Shown in pieces: positions 39,496-52,133 of a DNA stretch of 64,000 nucleotides. The stretch spans positions 6,324,001 through 6,388,000 of the forward strand of contig NC_043005.1 in NCBI RefSeq assembly GCF_006345805.1, given 5' to 3'. The first letter of the stretch is position 1. Each line of letters starts with the position of its first letter. Origin of the DNA: Octopus sinensis (lineage: Eukaryota). The position numbers and the translations under genes were made by a program. The notes beneath the pieces were generated by a model. The model worked only from the letters and a program-made list of their open reading frames with translations. It did not search any database and was not told where the DNA came from.

Positions 39496-39699
39496 TACAT
39501 ACATATACACCACCAATCTCACATATATATTCACAAACCACTGAAACTATATTGACTCAAACAAAGAAGCCTTGTCCCTTTGTTAGAGACTGGTTTGGAT
39601 TCTAGGGAGGAGAGGGGGAAAAGGAAAGAAAGGTAGGAAGGAAGGAAGGAAGGCATACATGCATGTACGTACGCACATATGCACGCATGTACATACATA

Positions 39700-40279
39700 T
39701 GTAGCGGTGATTCGAAACCGAACTGCTAAGTGACTGATAAGACATCACGAGCAAACCACAACAATTCACGCGATCAGTTTATTAAGCAACCAATCAGCAT
39801 CAGGCTACCACGTGATTGAATCGTCCCCTTCTGCCCTATAAAAAGCCGCTTTTGGCGCCCAAACTCTTTGCAGAGTGTTGAAAGCAGCCGACTCATTCAC
39901 ACGTCTCACGTTTTGCCATCGCAAGAATGTTGGGGCAGCCGCACGTTGTCTCCATTCTCACCACTGCCAGACAGTTAAGACAGATGGCAGACTGTCGACG
40001 GCAGTCTCCGTCACCGCGAATACAGCACAATTGTTTCCAGCTGATAGACCTGTCACAGATTGCTGTAACAGTAAGCTTGCCGTAAACACCAACCAGTGGG
40101 TCTCTCTCAGTATGTAATTATTGCTAATTCTGTGTCCAATAATAAAATCTACTGTTAATTGTTCGCGGTTGTTGTCTGTTACTTCTTCACGCAGTCCATG
40201 AAACACATATTTATTCATCAACTCAGCAAGTCATCCCCTCAGACCAGCCAACCAAAACAATCGCTCGTGACTCATTACA
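39700..40279 (+). mobile_element. Candidate solo LTR (580 bp)
   Basis: TGTA...TACA termini, with CCAAT (39790), CACGTG (39809), TATAAAA (39837) and AATAAA (40141) in order. No clean TSD. Confidence 0.68.
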
Positions 40280-40590
40280 TACGTGGTGATATTAGTGTGT
40301 CCCAAAGGCGTTACGTATTCGGAACTCCATAAATCCAATTAGAATCAATTCCTCTTCAAATTATAGTCATGACATGAGTTGTACTAAGTATTACAAAATT
40401 ACGAAACACTCACCAAATCTGATGATGCAACAACCATTTACAACCGTCCGCTGGGCTTCGTACCACGACTCCTATTTACAGTTGTTAAAAGGTGACAATC
40501 TTTCAGGGCCTGATGCCTTTGCCATAAACAAAATGTAGAACTGACAGAAAAGAATTTAACAGTTCTGTTGATAGTTCAATTACACTAAAC

Positions 40591-40763
40591 CAGCGCCCGT
40601 CAGACCCTTTAATATCCGGGTCAGATCTAAAATCAGGATTTTTTAGGGGGCTGCACCGGAAAAAGTAAAACATGAGTCAATTAACGAAAATTTTATAATA
40701 CTTGTAGAAGAAAGACCGTCGAGGGTCGCAGGAGGCTCTGGGAGCCGCCGTTGAGAACCGCTG
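40591..40763. mobile_element. hAT-like MITE, decayed
   Basis: Right TIR GTTGAGAACCGCTG; left end CAGCG; flanks CACTAAAC / CACTTAAT. Confidence 0.5.
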
Positions 40764-40786
40764 CACTTAATACTTTTTCGGTACAT

Positions 40787-41150
40787 AGGAATGGCTGTGT
40801 GGTAAGTAGCTTCCTTACCAGTCATATGGTTCCGGGTTCAGTCCCACTGCATGGCACCTTGGGCAAGTGTCTTCTACTATAGCCTCGGCCGACCAAAGCC
40901 TTGTGAGTGGATCTCGTAGACGGAAACTGAAAGAAACCTGTCATATGTTTGTGAGTCTGTTTGTCCCCATTAACGTTTGAAAACTGACCGATGCTGGTGT
41001 GTTTACGTCCCCGTAACTTAGCGGCACGGCAAAAGAGACCGGTAGAATAAGTATTAGGCTTCCAAAGAATAAGTCCTAGGGTTGATTTGTTCGACTAAAG
41101 GCAGTGCACCAGCATGGCCGCAGTCAAATGACTGAAACAAGTTCAAGAGT
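40787..41150 (+). mobile_element. SINE family 1, full length, minimal internal microsatellite
   Basis: All modules present. Confidence 0.93.
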
Positions 41151-41638
41151 GTATGTTATATTTGCACATAAAGTTTCAAAACTTAAGCACATTTCGGCTA
41201 CACAGGGGCTGGGTGGGGGGTAAATTTGCTCGTTCTAGATTCATATGTTGTACTATTATAAATTTTTGAAATTTGAGGTCAAGAAGAAAGTTTCAAGTAG
41301 ACCTATTTAGTGTGAAAACAAAATCTCTTTTTACTTTCTCCCACTTTGGATTTAACGATCTGTAGTGTTTGCTCCAAAATGACTGTGGCACTAATGGAAT
41401 AGTCTAACCGATAAAATATGGCACTAATAGAATAGTCTAACTGATAAAATAAGAAGTTAGTCTTAACTTAAAATCGTAAGTCTGTAAGACAAATTGCTTA
41501 GCACCATTTCTTCCAGCTCTTTACATCTTTTAGATTTTGAGTTCAAATCCCGGTTTCCATCTAATCAACGAAACCGCTTACTCTAATAAATAGATAAATA
41601 AATAAAATCGCTAGCTTTGTGCAAAAGTTTGAAACCAA

Positions 41639-41860
41639 AGGCAGCGAGATGGCAGAATCGTTAACGAGTAGGACAACAATGCTGAGTAGTATTCCTTCCG
41701 ACTCTTTAAGTTTTGAGTTCAAATCCTACCAAAGTCAGTTTTGCTTTTCATTCCTTTGGGATCGATAAAATAAAGTACCAGTCAAAGTACTGCAGTCGAG
41801 ATAATCGACCAGCCAACTCCCACCAAAAATTTGTTCGTTTGAAACCTACATTTGAAACCT
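41639..41860 (+). mobile_element. SINE family 2
   Basis: Head, B-box and TTTCATTCCTTTGGGATCGATAAAATAAAGTACCAG. Confidence 0.85.
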
Positions 41861-42041
41861 TTATTAATAAATAAATGAAATAATGTCGTTTTGGGTTATT
41901 TTTGTTGTTATTTGAACTTAAAATAATAACGTTTTGTTTTCTTTTTAATTTCCTCTTCGGCGGTTGTTTTCTCACGGTTCACATTTGAATGGAACTTAAA
42001 TTACAAAACAAAACAAATGAATTTACTTTCAAAAAGATGTT

Positions 42042-42388
42042 AGGCGCCAGCGTGGCTGGGTGGTTAAGAAGCTCGCTTCGCAACCACGCGGTTTCAGGTT
42101 CAGTTCTGCTGATTGGCAGCTTGGGCAAGCCGACCAATGCCTTTTGGGTGAATTTGGTAGATGGAAACTGAAAGAAGCCAGTTTTATGCGTGTGATTGTG
42201 TTTGTCCTTTGACAACCGGTGTTGGTTTGATTACGTCACCATAATTTAGCGCTTTGGCAAAAGAGACCGATAGAATAAGTACCAAGCTAAAAATAAAAAA
42301 AAAGTCTTTGAATCGATTTGTTCAGTTAAACCTTGAAGGTGGTGCCCCAGCATGGCCGCAGTCCAATGAGTGACACGAGATAAAAGAT
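42042..42388 (+). mobile_element. SINE family 1, older variant
   Basis: Head, TTGGTAGATGGAAACTG body, and GGTGCCCCAGCATGGCCGCAG tail. Confidence 0.85.
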
Positions 42389-43014
42389 ATATGACAAAGG
42401 GAACCAAATAGAAACGGAGCGAAAATGGTTTATAACTCCAATTGCCAAGGATGCGTCCATAAAACACATGCAGGCAGGCAGGCAGGCGGACCCGGAAACT
42501 GAGAAATCAACACAAATGTTCCTCCTGAACAGCCGCAAGTTGACAGGTGCAAGAAGAACATATGCATGGAGGGTATTTTAGGGAGTAAAGATTAGTTCAA
42601 GTGGTTCTTGCAATATCAAGGGAGGTAGGGAAGGACACGGAAGGGTTCATACGTCAAATGATATTAAAAGAGAAAAAAAAAAAGAAGGGGAGAAAGAGTG
42701 ACACTGAAATAGAGCCGTCTTTCGAAACCGGAACAAATTTTTTCTTAGTCGTAGAGAAATACAAACACACAGGAACAAAAGGTAGAGATAGATACATACG
42801 TATACACACGTATACACTCATGTATGACGTAGGAACACAGGCAGCAGACGTCCAAACGGTTAAATACGAACGGACAGAGATGTTAATTAAGAGTGAACGC
42901 TTTTATTTAGGAACGAACTTGTTTCTTTACGCTTTCATTGATGAATAGTGACAGGAGAGGACTGGGTGACATGGAGATGGCACAAAGGAGAAGGTGGAGA
43001 AGATCTGTGAGAGT

Positions 43015-43415
43015 GAGGTGAAGAAATGGTGGCGGTGGTGGTGGTGGTGGTAGGGAGAGGAAATGGAGGAAGAGAGATTATGATGAAGAAGAAGAAGAAG
43101 AAGAAGAAGAGGTGGTGGTGGTGGTGGTAGGGAGAGGAAATGGAGGAAGAGGGATTATGATGATGAAGAAGAAGAAGAAGAAGAAGAAGAAGAAGAAGAA
43201 GAAGAAGAAGAAAGAAGAAGAAGAAGTAGAAAATCGGAAACAAGCGAAAATGAAAAGTAAAGAAAACAAAGAAAAAAATCCGAGGAGAAAACGATGGAAA
43301 AGAAAGCAAAGAAAAAAAGATAAAAAAGATAAAAATAAAACGAAAAAAGAATAAAACGAAATGAAAAAAAAAAACGAAGAGAAAAAAGCGAAGAAGAAAA
43401 ACGAGGAAGAAGCAA
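43015..43415. repeat. Purine-rich (GGT)/(GAA) compound repeat with tandem duplication
   Basis: The block (GGT)n-AGGGAGAGGAAATGGAGGAAGAG-GATTATGATG-(AAG)n occurs twice. Confidence 0.9.
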
Positions 43416-44290
43416 AGCACGTTGAATATCTAAAATATCTAAAAAAAACAGATGAGATGGTCCGGGATGGAAGGTCTCTTTGATAATTGGTCTGACCAAT
43501 CAGAGCCATGCTATGTCTTAGCAACAATATCATCACGATTATCATTACTCCCCACCACCACCACCATTACTACCACAACTAACAGCAACAGAAGCCAATA
43601 AGGCCCCTCTCTATTTTTCGTACCCTTCCATCTCCCCCCTCCTCCCCCGGTTGCCTTCCATTTAGGACCAGGGGCAGCAGCAGCAGCACATGTTCAAATC
43701 AATTTGGAATTTAAGATATCTTGACGTCTTCCGTATTGTTACTGCTACTGTTGTTGTAGTTGTTATTGTTACCCTTTGACCCATCACAATGACATCAACA
43801 CGCCCCCCCCCCCGCATTTCATGAGGCCCCTACCACATAACTATACAATTCCCCTCAACCCACAACGAACATAGCTGTACCGTTTCCTCGTTCGCTTTCT
43901 GTCTGTCTCCCGGAACCGAGACAAGGTTCTTTTACTCGCAGTCCAAGACAACTTTGAACCATTTATAAAAATGTCCATTTATGACATAGTCCAATTCTTT
44001 GTTCGTTCTAGCTGGAGCAACGTGAAATAAAGTGTCTTGCTCAAGGATACAACGTACCGCCAGGACTCGAACGCACAACATCGAGAGCCGAATACCCTAA
44101 CAACCGCCTCTCACATTTAATGATATAACAATTAGAATGAAAGCAGTAAAGTATAAATTTCATATACAGTTCAGATTTTATGTGCAACAGCTGTTTCATT
44201 AAGATAAACACCATTAAACATATAATTTAAATTTAAATTAATTTAAAGACCACGAACACCCAAACCATCAGGAATATTACATACATAGAT

Positions 44291-44594
44291 ATCACGTGAT
44301 TACGTGACCGACCAGACCATCAGATGTTGCTACACATCGCTGGTCACAATGCGTTCGCATTGTTTTAGCCTTCGAATGACGCCACCCGCTGGCTAAGCGA
44401 GCAGGCCAACAGAAGAAAGAGTGAGAGAAAGAGTGGTGAAAGAGTACAGCTGGGATCACCACCCCCTGCCGGAGCCTCGTGGAGCTATTAGGTGTTTTCG
44501 CTAAATAAACACACACAACGCCCGGTCTGGGAATCGAAACCGCGATCCGACGACCGCGAGTCCGCTGCCCTAACCACTGGGCCATTGCGCCTCC
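44291..44594 (-). mobile_element. SINE family 3 head and body with tail type Y
   Basis: The first ~180 nt match 22065-22245; the tail differs and ends in TCACGTAATCACGTGAT. Confidence 0.88.
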
Positions 44595-45390
44595 ACACAT
44601 AGATATACAGACACATAAATTGACTTCAAACCCCAGACTTCATATGCTTGTGTACATGCATGTCTATATAGGCGAATTATTCCCTTTAGGGTTGCTGACA
44701 TTGTATTATAACATGATGCAAGGAAAAGAATTTCCGCCTCTAAAAGATATTCCTGTGTACAATATTCTTTATGATTATTCTGCAAAATATTTATCTACTT
44801 TCCCTTTTCTCAGAATTCAATCCCAAGGGCTTCGCAACGTCCCCCTCTCCTATTTCGTAGATTATTTGATTAGAACGACACTATACGATGTTAGCCCAAA
44901 TAGCAAATGTTTGCAAACACAACTAATGGAGTGTCCCACTGATTCTGTTGGGATCCGGGTATTTGTTGAGCCGTTAGGGTATCAGGCAATCGGTTGAGGG
45001 AACGGTAGTTTGAATTTTAGTATCTAGCTGTGCTTGATCCAGGATCAAGAAAGACACTTAACTGTCAATGATCCAGTTCCATTCTGCTTAAAAAAGAAGT
45101 CTGAAAATCATCCTTAATCTCAGACTAGCAAAATCTATAGAAAAAGAAGCCTGCTCTGTATAACCACGGCGAAAGTTTTAGATATGAAACCACAAGATCA
45201 CAAGGTTTTGGGGAGTGTATAGTCTAATTTTACTGAAATGTATGTAGTATGTACGTACGCATGTATATACGTACGTACGTTGGTTTTTATGAGTTTATGT
45301 ACCCATATATGTATGTACATACGTAACTATGTATGCGTGTACGTATGTACCTATGTTTGTACCTACCACCCATGTATGTATGTATGTATG

Positions 45391-45421
<31 letters not shown>

Positions 45422-45489
45422 TTATGTATGTATGATGTATGTATGTATGTAGTATGTATGTATCAATGTATGTATGTATCAATGCATGT

Positions 45490-46001
45490 TGCATGGTCGG
45501 GTCGTCGGCGACTAAACCGGCAACCCCACCAAGCTTGCTTGGTGAAGAGGGTGTTTATTGGACACCGCGGGATGAAAAACAAAACCCGTCAAAGGGCGGA
45601 GGAACTCTTGAGAGTCAATGGCCATCCAATAAATGTCTTAAGGATGTATCATGCGCGTTGGACATAGAAATAATCGAACTGAATACCCGATCGCGCGGTT
45701 AAACCATTGGGAGTGAAGGACTCCTAGCCTTTGTTAGGGCATCCTTCTAGGAGAAGGTAACTCAGGTAACTGGGATAACTCCGACATAAAACCTGCGGCT
45801 CAGTGGTTACCGATGATGTTGACTTGTTCTTCTTTTCGGATTATGGCTGCTGTTGCTTAGTGAGTGGGATTGACTCAGTGCACAGCTTTTCCTCACTTTT
45901 AAAAAAACTCTTCTTGCACAGGCATTGTAAGATAACATTGATTAAGCTTCGTGCAATGGCCATACTCGATAACGAGGGGGCAGCCACCACCATGTATGTA
46001 T
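45490..46001 (+). mobile_element. Non-coding RTE/RTEX-like non-autonomous retroelement with (TGTA)n tail
   Basis: GC-rich structured 5' region, AGGGCATCCTTCTAGGAGAAGG RTE-type UTR motif, ends in ATGTATGTATG. Abuts a (TGTA)n array. Confidence 0.55.
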
Positions 46002-46254
46002 GAACGTTGAAAAAAGCTACAATGTTTGCGAAGCCCTGACAGAGAGGCTCATGAGTTGGGTCAATATTCTGCAATCTCACCAGATTCGCAATGAGAAAAT
46101 CTTATTGAAATGGTGTCTGTTGGTGTTATTTGCAAAACGAGAGAGAAAAGAGAGAAAGTAAGAAGCTTTCTTTAAATATTGAAGTGTGTTAAGGTATGTT
46201 AAGTAAACAGGAAGTGTATACTTCTACCTCTTTTAATTAGATTGATATATATGA

Positions 46255-46360
46255 TATGGTATGGTATGTATATATATGTATGTATATATATATGTATGTA
46301 TGTGTGTATGTATGTATGTATGTATGTGTGTATGTATGTGTGTGTGTGTGTATGTATGTA

Positions 46361-46391
<31 letters not shown>

Positions 46392-46398
46392 GTGTGTG

Positions 46399-46432
<34 letters not shown>

Positions 46433-47512
46433 TGTATGTATGTATGTATGTATGTGTGTGTGTGTATGTATGTGTGTGTGTATGTATGTATGTATGTGTG
46501 TGTGTATGTATGTGTGTGTGTATGTATGTATGTATGTATGTGTGTATGTATGTATGTGTGTGTGTATGTATGTATGTATGTGTGTGTGTATGTATATGTG
46601 TGTGTGTATGTATGTATGTATGTGTGTATGTATGTATGTATGTATGTATGTATGTATGTGTGTATGTATGTATGTGTGTATGTATGTATGTATGTGTGTG
46701 TGTATGTATGTGTGTATGTATGTATGTATGTGTGTATGTATGTATGTATGTATGTGTGTGTGTATGTATGTATGTGTGTATGTATGTGTGTATGTATGTA
46801 TGTATGTATGTATGTGTGTGTGTATGTATGTATGTATGTATGTATGTATGTATGATGTATGTATGTATGAATGTATGTATGTTTGTGTGTATGTATGTAT
46901 GTATGTATGTATGAATGTATGTATGTTTGTGTGTATGTATGTATGTATGTATGATGTATGTATGTATGTATGTATGTATGTATGTATGTGTGTATGTATG
47001 TATGTGTGTATGTATGTATGTATGTATGTATGTGTGTGTGTATGTATGTGTGTATGTATGTGTGTATGTATGTATGTATGTATGTGTGCGTGTGTATATG
47101 TATGTGTGTGTGTATGTATGTATGTATGTGTGCGTGTGTATATGTATGTATGTGTGTATGTATGTATGTGTGTGTGTGTATGTATGTATGTATGTATGTA
47201 TGTATGTATGTGTGTATGTATGTATGTGTGTGTGTATGTATGTGTGTATGTATGTGTGTATGTATGTATGTATGTATGTGTGTTGTGTGTGTGTGTGTGT
47301 ATGTATGTGTGTATGTATGTGTGTATGTATGTATGTATATATGTGTGTGTGTATGTGTGTGTGTATGTATGTGTGTGTGTATGTATGTGTGTATGTATGT
47401 GTGTATGTATGTGTGTATGTGTGTATGTATGTATGTATGTGTGTATGTATGTATGCATGCATGTATATAGGTACGTACGTGTGTGTGTGTGTGTGTGTGT
47501 GTGCGTGCGTGC
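46255..47512. repeat. 1.25-kb (TATG)/(TG) microsatellite
   Basis: Directly visible. Confidence 0.98.
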
Positions 47513-47514
47513 GC

Positions 47515-47745
47515 GGAGGCGTATGGCTCAGTGGTTAGGGTGTTGCACTCATGACTGTAAGATTGTGATTTCGATTCCCGGACAGGGCGGTGTGTTGCGT
47601 TCTTGAGCTAGACATTTCATTTCCTGTTGCTCTAATTCACTCAGGTAATCCTGTGTTGGACAGGTGTCCTGTCCAGGTAGGGAATATATACGCCACGGAA
47701 TCTGGGAAACCAGACTTATGAGGTCAGGAAGAACCTTTGATCTCT
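47515..47745 (+). mobile_element. tRNA-headed SINE, body B plus tail Z
   Basis: TGGCTCAGTGGTTAG A-box, TTCGATTCC B-box, TTCTTGAGCTAGACATTTCATTTC body. Confidence 0.8.
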
Positions 47746-48213
47746 TTTGAGATATATAATCTTGCACGCACAGGCTACTTACTCTGGTTCTTTACATTCT
47801 GAGTTCAAATACTGCTAATGCCAAATATACCTTTCATCTTTCTGGCGATGATAAAATTAAATAACAGTCATCCGTTTGGTTCAATATGATCGATTACACC
47901 TTCTTCCCCACCCCAAACTGGTAAAAAATGTAAAAGCAAAAATCAATATTACTTTTCAATAGATTTGTTATCGAACTGGCTTCAAATGTTTCTTTTTTTT
48001 TTTTTCAAGGTACCAAACTGGATTCGAACTTGTAAGCTTTGTCTTTAATCTAAGAGAAATACATGCATCAGTGATCTAGGAAAATATAGCATTATGACTA
48101 CTGGTTTAGGAACAAAGGTTCACTGTTTAAATTCAAACTGATGTTGATTAGGGGTCAACCCGATTGAAACGCAGTGTAAATGTAATTTATAATAAAAAAA
48201 TATACTCCCCCAA

Positions 48214-48394
48214 GGCGTAGGAGTAGTTGTGTGGTAAGTAGCTTGCTTACCAACCACATGGTTCCGGGTTCAGTCCCACTGCGTGGCAACTTAGGCAAGT
48301 GTCTTCTACTATAGCCTCGGGCCGACCAAATCCTTGTGAGAGTATTTGGTGGACGGAAACTGAAAGAAGCCCGTCGTATATATATATGTATGCA

Positions 48395-48426
<32 letters not shown>

Positions 48427-48440
48427 CAAAGTACCAAACT

Positions 48441-48506
<66 letters not shown>

Positions 48507-48708
48507 TTGTGTGTCTGTGTTTGTTCCCCTAACATCGCTTGACAACAGATGCTGGTGTGTTTACGTCCCCTTAACTTAGCCGTTCGGCAAAAGAGACCGA
48601 TAGAATAAGTACTAGGCTTGCAAAGGATAAGTCCTGGGGTCGATTTGCTCGACTAAAGGCGGTGCTCCAGCACGGTCGCAGTCAAATGACTGAAACAAGT
48701 AAAAGAGT
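48214..48708 (+). mobile_element. SINE family 1, full length with expanded internal microsatellite
   Basis: All modules present; about 150 bp of internal TA/T/TG. Confidence 0.93.
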
Positions 48709-49126
48709 CAATTGAAACATGTCAGCCGATGTTGACAGAGAGGTAAACACTTACGTAAGCGTTCATACTTTTTATGGTGGTTCAAGAAGCTGGTCGACTT
48801 TACCATTTATCCCTTTTGGGGATCAATAAACTAAGCACCAGTTGAGCACTGCGGTCGATGTAATCGACTTAGCCTTCTCCAAGAAGCTGGTTATGCTTCA
48901 TAGGAAATATATTTAGGCTGTGATTTTAAACTGTGAAAGCGCGTGGCCTAGTGTCAAGGATACTGTACTCCCCGATTGCGAAATCGTGGTTTCGATTCCA
49001 GACCCAAGTGTCGTGTTCCTGGGCGGAATTTGAACTCATAAAGACGGACGAAATGCCGCTGAGCATTTTGCTCGGCATGCTAACAATCCTACCAGATCGC
49101 ATGTGTATAATTGAATTATTACATAT

Positions 49127-49321
49127 ATGTGTGGGTGCTGAAGAGTTTCTGGCTTTGGGTAAAAGAAAATCGATGAGGATCGGTCAATTATGATTTTATT
49201 CAATGTATTGCAGCGGACCCTCAGTTTTTCTAAGCCCTGTAAAGGAACTCAGAAGGTTGGGCTTCCAACAGGGTCTTTCGCGATACCCTTAAAGCCAGAA
49301 ACTTTCCAGTAACCCCGTATA
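49127..49321. mobile_element. Tc1/mariner-like MITE
   Basis: TA-flanked TIRs GGGTGCTGAAGAGTTTCTGGCTTT / AAAGCCAGAAACTTTCCAGTAACCCCG. Confidence 0.7.
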
Positions 49322-49914
49322 ATACAAAAACATCCTGCAGGCTGTGATAGTCAATAAAACAGAAATAAACTTTTAAATCCATTCTTTCTGTGCGACTCGA
49401 TGCTAAAGGATCAACGGCCTGGTACTAGTTTGCGGCCCGGTGGTCCAGGACCCTTAAAGTAAAGGATTTGAAAGTACTTAGCGATATCTCCTTTACATTC
49501 TGTGTTCAAACTTACCGGAGTTACCGCCACTTTTCACTCGTACAGAGTCGATAAAATAATTACCAATAAAGTTCTGAAGCAATTTAATCAACTATGCCCT
49601 CCGCTCCACAAAGATTTGTGACCCTGGGCAAGGTTAAAACTCATTTATTTCTACTTACTTGGTCGATAGAGATAGTGACCTTTTCATGATCAGACGTACC
49701 GATTTTAACATTGAGAGATCAACCCCACCACTTTAGCTTCAAGCGGAAAACGAGTGACGAGGGAATTGTATGACATTCGTATATTTCCTAAAGGTTCTAG
49801 GGAGCTAAGTGGGATCTACTTCCGGCTCACAGAGTGGGGAACATTGTTATGCCATACCATATGTGATTGTATATAGACAGATAGATACACATACACACAT
49901 TATTATTATTATTA

Positions 49915-49963
<49 letters not shown>

Positions 49964-50363
49964 GAGGCGGGAGAGCTGGCAGAATCGTTAGCACGCCGGG
50001 CGAAATGCTTAGCGGTATTTCGTCTGCCGTTACGTTCTGACTTCAAATTCCGCCGAGGTCGACTTTACCTTTCATCCTTTCGGGGTCGGTAAAATAAGTA
50101 CCAGTTGAACACTGGGGTCGATGTAATCGACTCATCCCCTCTTCCAAAATTGCTGCCCTTGGGGAAAAATTTGATGTCATTATTATTATTATTATTATTA
50201 TTATTAAGGAGGCGAGCTGACAGAATCGTTAGCACGCCGGGCGAAATGCTTAGCGGCATTTCGTCCGCCCTTACATTCTTACCAGTCAAGCACTGGGGTT
50301 CGATGTAAATCGATTTACCTCGACCCCGGAATTGCGGGCCTTGTGATAACAAATTTAAAACCA
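49964..50363 (+). mobile_element. Two tandem SINE family 2 copies, each preceded by (ATT)n
   Basis: 49964-50175 is complete; 50207-50363 is internally deleted. Confidence 0.92.
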
Positions 50364-51029
50364 TTATTGCCAGGTGATTAACATAGTGAATAAAAGCTGA
50401 AAATATTTCTGGAGATTAAGGCAATTGAAAAAGATTCATCAATCGTATCATACTACAGCCTCCGTTGTTCCCAGTGCTCATAATTTCCCACAACCCCAGG
50501 GGACGCCACAGACCTTGTTGAGAAGTAATGTTGTAAAGCAGTTCTTACGGCTCCTAAATCCCTATGTGAACATAACCAAGGTAGTCACAACAGTATATAT
50601 ATAAATATCACAGCTCTTTTTTGTTAGAGTTTTCTTGTATTCGTTTCAACTACTGACTATGAATATGTTTATGTAATTTTATTAAATTACAGCTTTAACT
50701 GATTTACATAATGCGGCAATAAACGTTCACAACGCTAGACTCTTTATCTGACGTTCGTTTATTTATTGGTGCATATGCACACAATACTTCAGTGTGTGTG
50801 TGTGTGTGTGTGTAATTTATGTTGAAAGTCAGTCAGCTTTGCTAAACCCTTCAAATTTTTTACATTTGATACACACACACAAACATATATATATATCATC
50901 TCTGATATTTCATCATCACCATCATCATTAATGTGATGACGGTGAAAAGATTAAAAGAAAGAGAGAAAGAGAGGGAAGATAAAACGAAATATATGGGCAT
51001 AAAATCTCCATGTTGGAAGATGAGGGAAC

Positions 51030-51259
<230 letters not shown>

Positions 51260-51835
51260 AAGCAACTGGTAATTTAATACCAACAACATCCTCCAGTCAC
51301 AAAATTCCGATATCAATGGAAAATGACTCGATTGCAGAAATATCTTGAAATACCTAGAAAAAAAAGCAGTTACCTTTTTTTATCGCCCTCTCCCAGACGC
51401 ACACGTAGAAGTGCAAAAGTATTTTAGTTTTAAATTACAAACACATACAATTTTAATTTCACCTAGTATTAATTAATAATCCGAAACTAAATTTTATAAT
51501 CTTAACGATAATACCACGAAATTGCGTGGATTGTTGGTCAAGAACTGATGAGAGATAAGCATGACAACGTCTTGTGTGTGTGTTTTTCCGCATATTCTTT
51601 TGCCGTCATTTCTGTGCAAATTTTTAGTCAAATATATTCATCACATACAAATCGAATTATTATAATATAACGTAATAGTTATAACAGGAAATCTCTAAGC
51701 TAATTGAAGTTTAATTGATAGGTTGTAGAGTTTATCAGCCGAAGATTTAATGGTGTGTATGGAAACAGCAGGTCTTGCGCCGAGTCTCTGGAATCGGACA
51801 CTTATTTCCTGATGGCAGTACTGTCCAACATTGTA

Positions 51836-52133
51836 AGGCGGCGAGCTAGCGGAATTGTTAGCACGCCGGGCGAAATACTTAGCGGCATTTCGTCCGACTT
51901 CAGGTCTGAGTTCAAATTCCGCCGAGCTCGACTTTGCCATTCATCCTTTCAGGGTAAAATAAGTCGATAAAATAAGTACCATTTGCGTACTGGGGTTGAT
52001 GCGTTCGACTTACCCCCACCCCGAAATTGTTGGTCTTGTGCCAAAATTTGAAATTTGAAATCAGTACTGTCCACTTGTGTCCAAATTTGAAATCAGTACT
52101 GTCCACTTGTGTCCAAATTTGAAATCAGTACTG
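51836..52133 (+). mobile_element. SINE family 2 followed by a 32-bp tandem repeat x2.6
   Basis: Unit AAATTTGAAATCAGTACTGTCCACTTGTGTCC at 52051-52133. Confidence 0.88.

Noticed and set aside
42935-43545. Phe/Lys/Ser-rich ORFs
   Set aside because: Low-complexity GAA/A-rich tract.
51540-51575. CTGATGAG hammerhead core
   Set aside because: No stem II or GAAA in register.
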